Part shown: positions 34,243 to 34,702 of the stretch, in pieces
Numbering within the stretch: the stretch's first letter is position 1
How the letters are laid out: every line of letters begins with the position of its first letter
NCBI GenBank assembly: GCA_032718475.1
Contig: JAUCBJ010006467.1
Coordinates: forward strand, 1 to 34,702
DNA length: 34,702 bases
Direction of reading: 5' to 3'
DNA from: Nemertoderma westbladi
Lineage: Eukaryota > Animalia > Xenacoelomorpha
The notes under the pieces: model-generated
Seen by the model: only the letters and a program-made list of their open reading frames with translations
Told to the model about the DNA's origin: nothing
The model's database searches: none
Translations under genes and position numbers: made by a program

Positions 34243-34306
34243 AATACTCCATATCTCAAGAACCTGTGGCCTTGTGGTTGTAGTATCGGCTTCCACTTCG
34301 AGGTCC
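34243..34306 (+). repeat. Truncated copy of the tRNA-like SINE head, running into (ACTTCC)n
   Basis: AATACTCCATATCTCAAGAACCTGTGGCC.TGTGGTTGTAGT.TCGGCTTCCAC.TCGAGGTCC is duplicated ~234 bp downstream. Confidence 0.75.
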
Positions 34307-34424
34307 ACTTCCACTTCCACTTCCACCCCCAAGATCCCTTCCTATAATAAATGTATAATAACAAACACCTCGAAAAATACAGCTTGCCAACACATTGTTA
34401 CTATCAATAATAAAAAATCAGGGG

Positions 34425-34460
<36 letters not shown>

Positions 34461-34493
34461 AGCTGGCTTTGAAATTAATACTCCATATCTCAA

Positions 34494-34553
34494 GAACCTG
34501 TGGCCTAGTGGTTGTAGTCTCGGCTTCCACCTCGAGGTCCCAGGTTAGAATCC
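34494..34553 (+). mobile_element. tRNA-derived Pol III promoter (SINE-like head)
   Basis: A box TGGCCTAGTGG (34501-34511), B box GGTTAGAATCC (34543-34553, one mismatch to GGTTCGAATCC), and an anticodon-arm-like segment CTCGG-CTTCCAC-CTCGAG between them. Confidence 0.7.
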
Positions 34554-34603
34554 GACACCACGCTGATGAGACCCAGTAAGGTCGAAACGCGTACGTGGTT
34601 TGG
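34552..34603 (+). ncRNA. Type I hammerhead ribozyme (minimal palindromic stem III)
   Basis: Stem I ACCACG/CGTGGT (extended by CCGA/TTGG), core CTGATGA (34563-34569), stem II GACC-cagtaa-GGTC, GAAA, palindromic ACGCGT, cleavage triplet GTA (cut after 34593). Confidence 0.9.
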
Positions 34604-34702
34604 AGAGATATGAGATATTAATTTCAAGAAAAAATTACGCGATTCCTAAATTTGTACACTACCTAGTTAAAAAGTACGCATATGATGGGATTAGTCCTAC
34701 AA

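Noticed and set aside
34494-34565. Functional tRNA-Gly(TCC) gene
   Set aside because: No proper acceptor stem, imperfect anticodon and T arms, and the 3' side is replaced by the hammerhead. Better read as a SINE-like head.

Overview
AT-rich eukaryotic (probably invertebrate) repeat-dense DNA with no recognisable host gene. The centre is a nested pair of related BEL/Pao LTR retrotransposons. Element A (+ strand, 7808-29648, ~660-bp LTRs, TSD ATAAA) is a pol-deleted derivative. Element B (- strand, 9298-22731, 562-bp LTRs, TSD GCTAC) is inserted in A's gag and keeps a nearly complete but disrupted gag-PR-RT-RH-INT. Two features stand out. (1) B carries an extra ~790-codon ORF after integrase encoding a DEDDy-like 3'-5' exonuclease plus three CCHC zinc knuckles, and A retains relics of it. 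(2) Neither element has a tRNA-type TGG primer-binding site; in each, the PBS is complementary to a co-varying sequence inside its own LTR, suggesting tRNA-independent self-priming, possibly matured by the exonuclease (hypothesis). The flanks hold nested non-autonomous TIR elements (365-4089), small MITEs, a 3.1-kb 30/36-bp minisatellite, and a tRNA-derived Pol III head fused to a type I hammerhead ribozyme at 34.5 kb. All comparisons were made by eye; no database searches were run.
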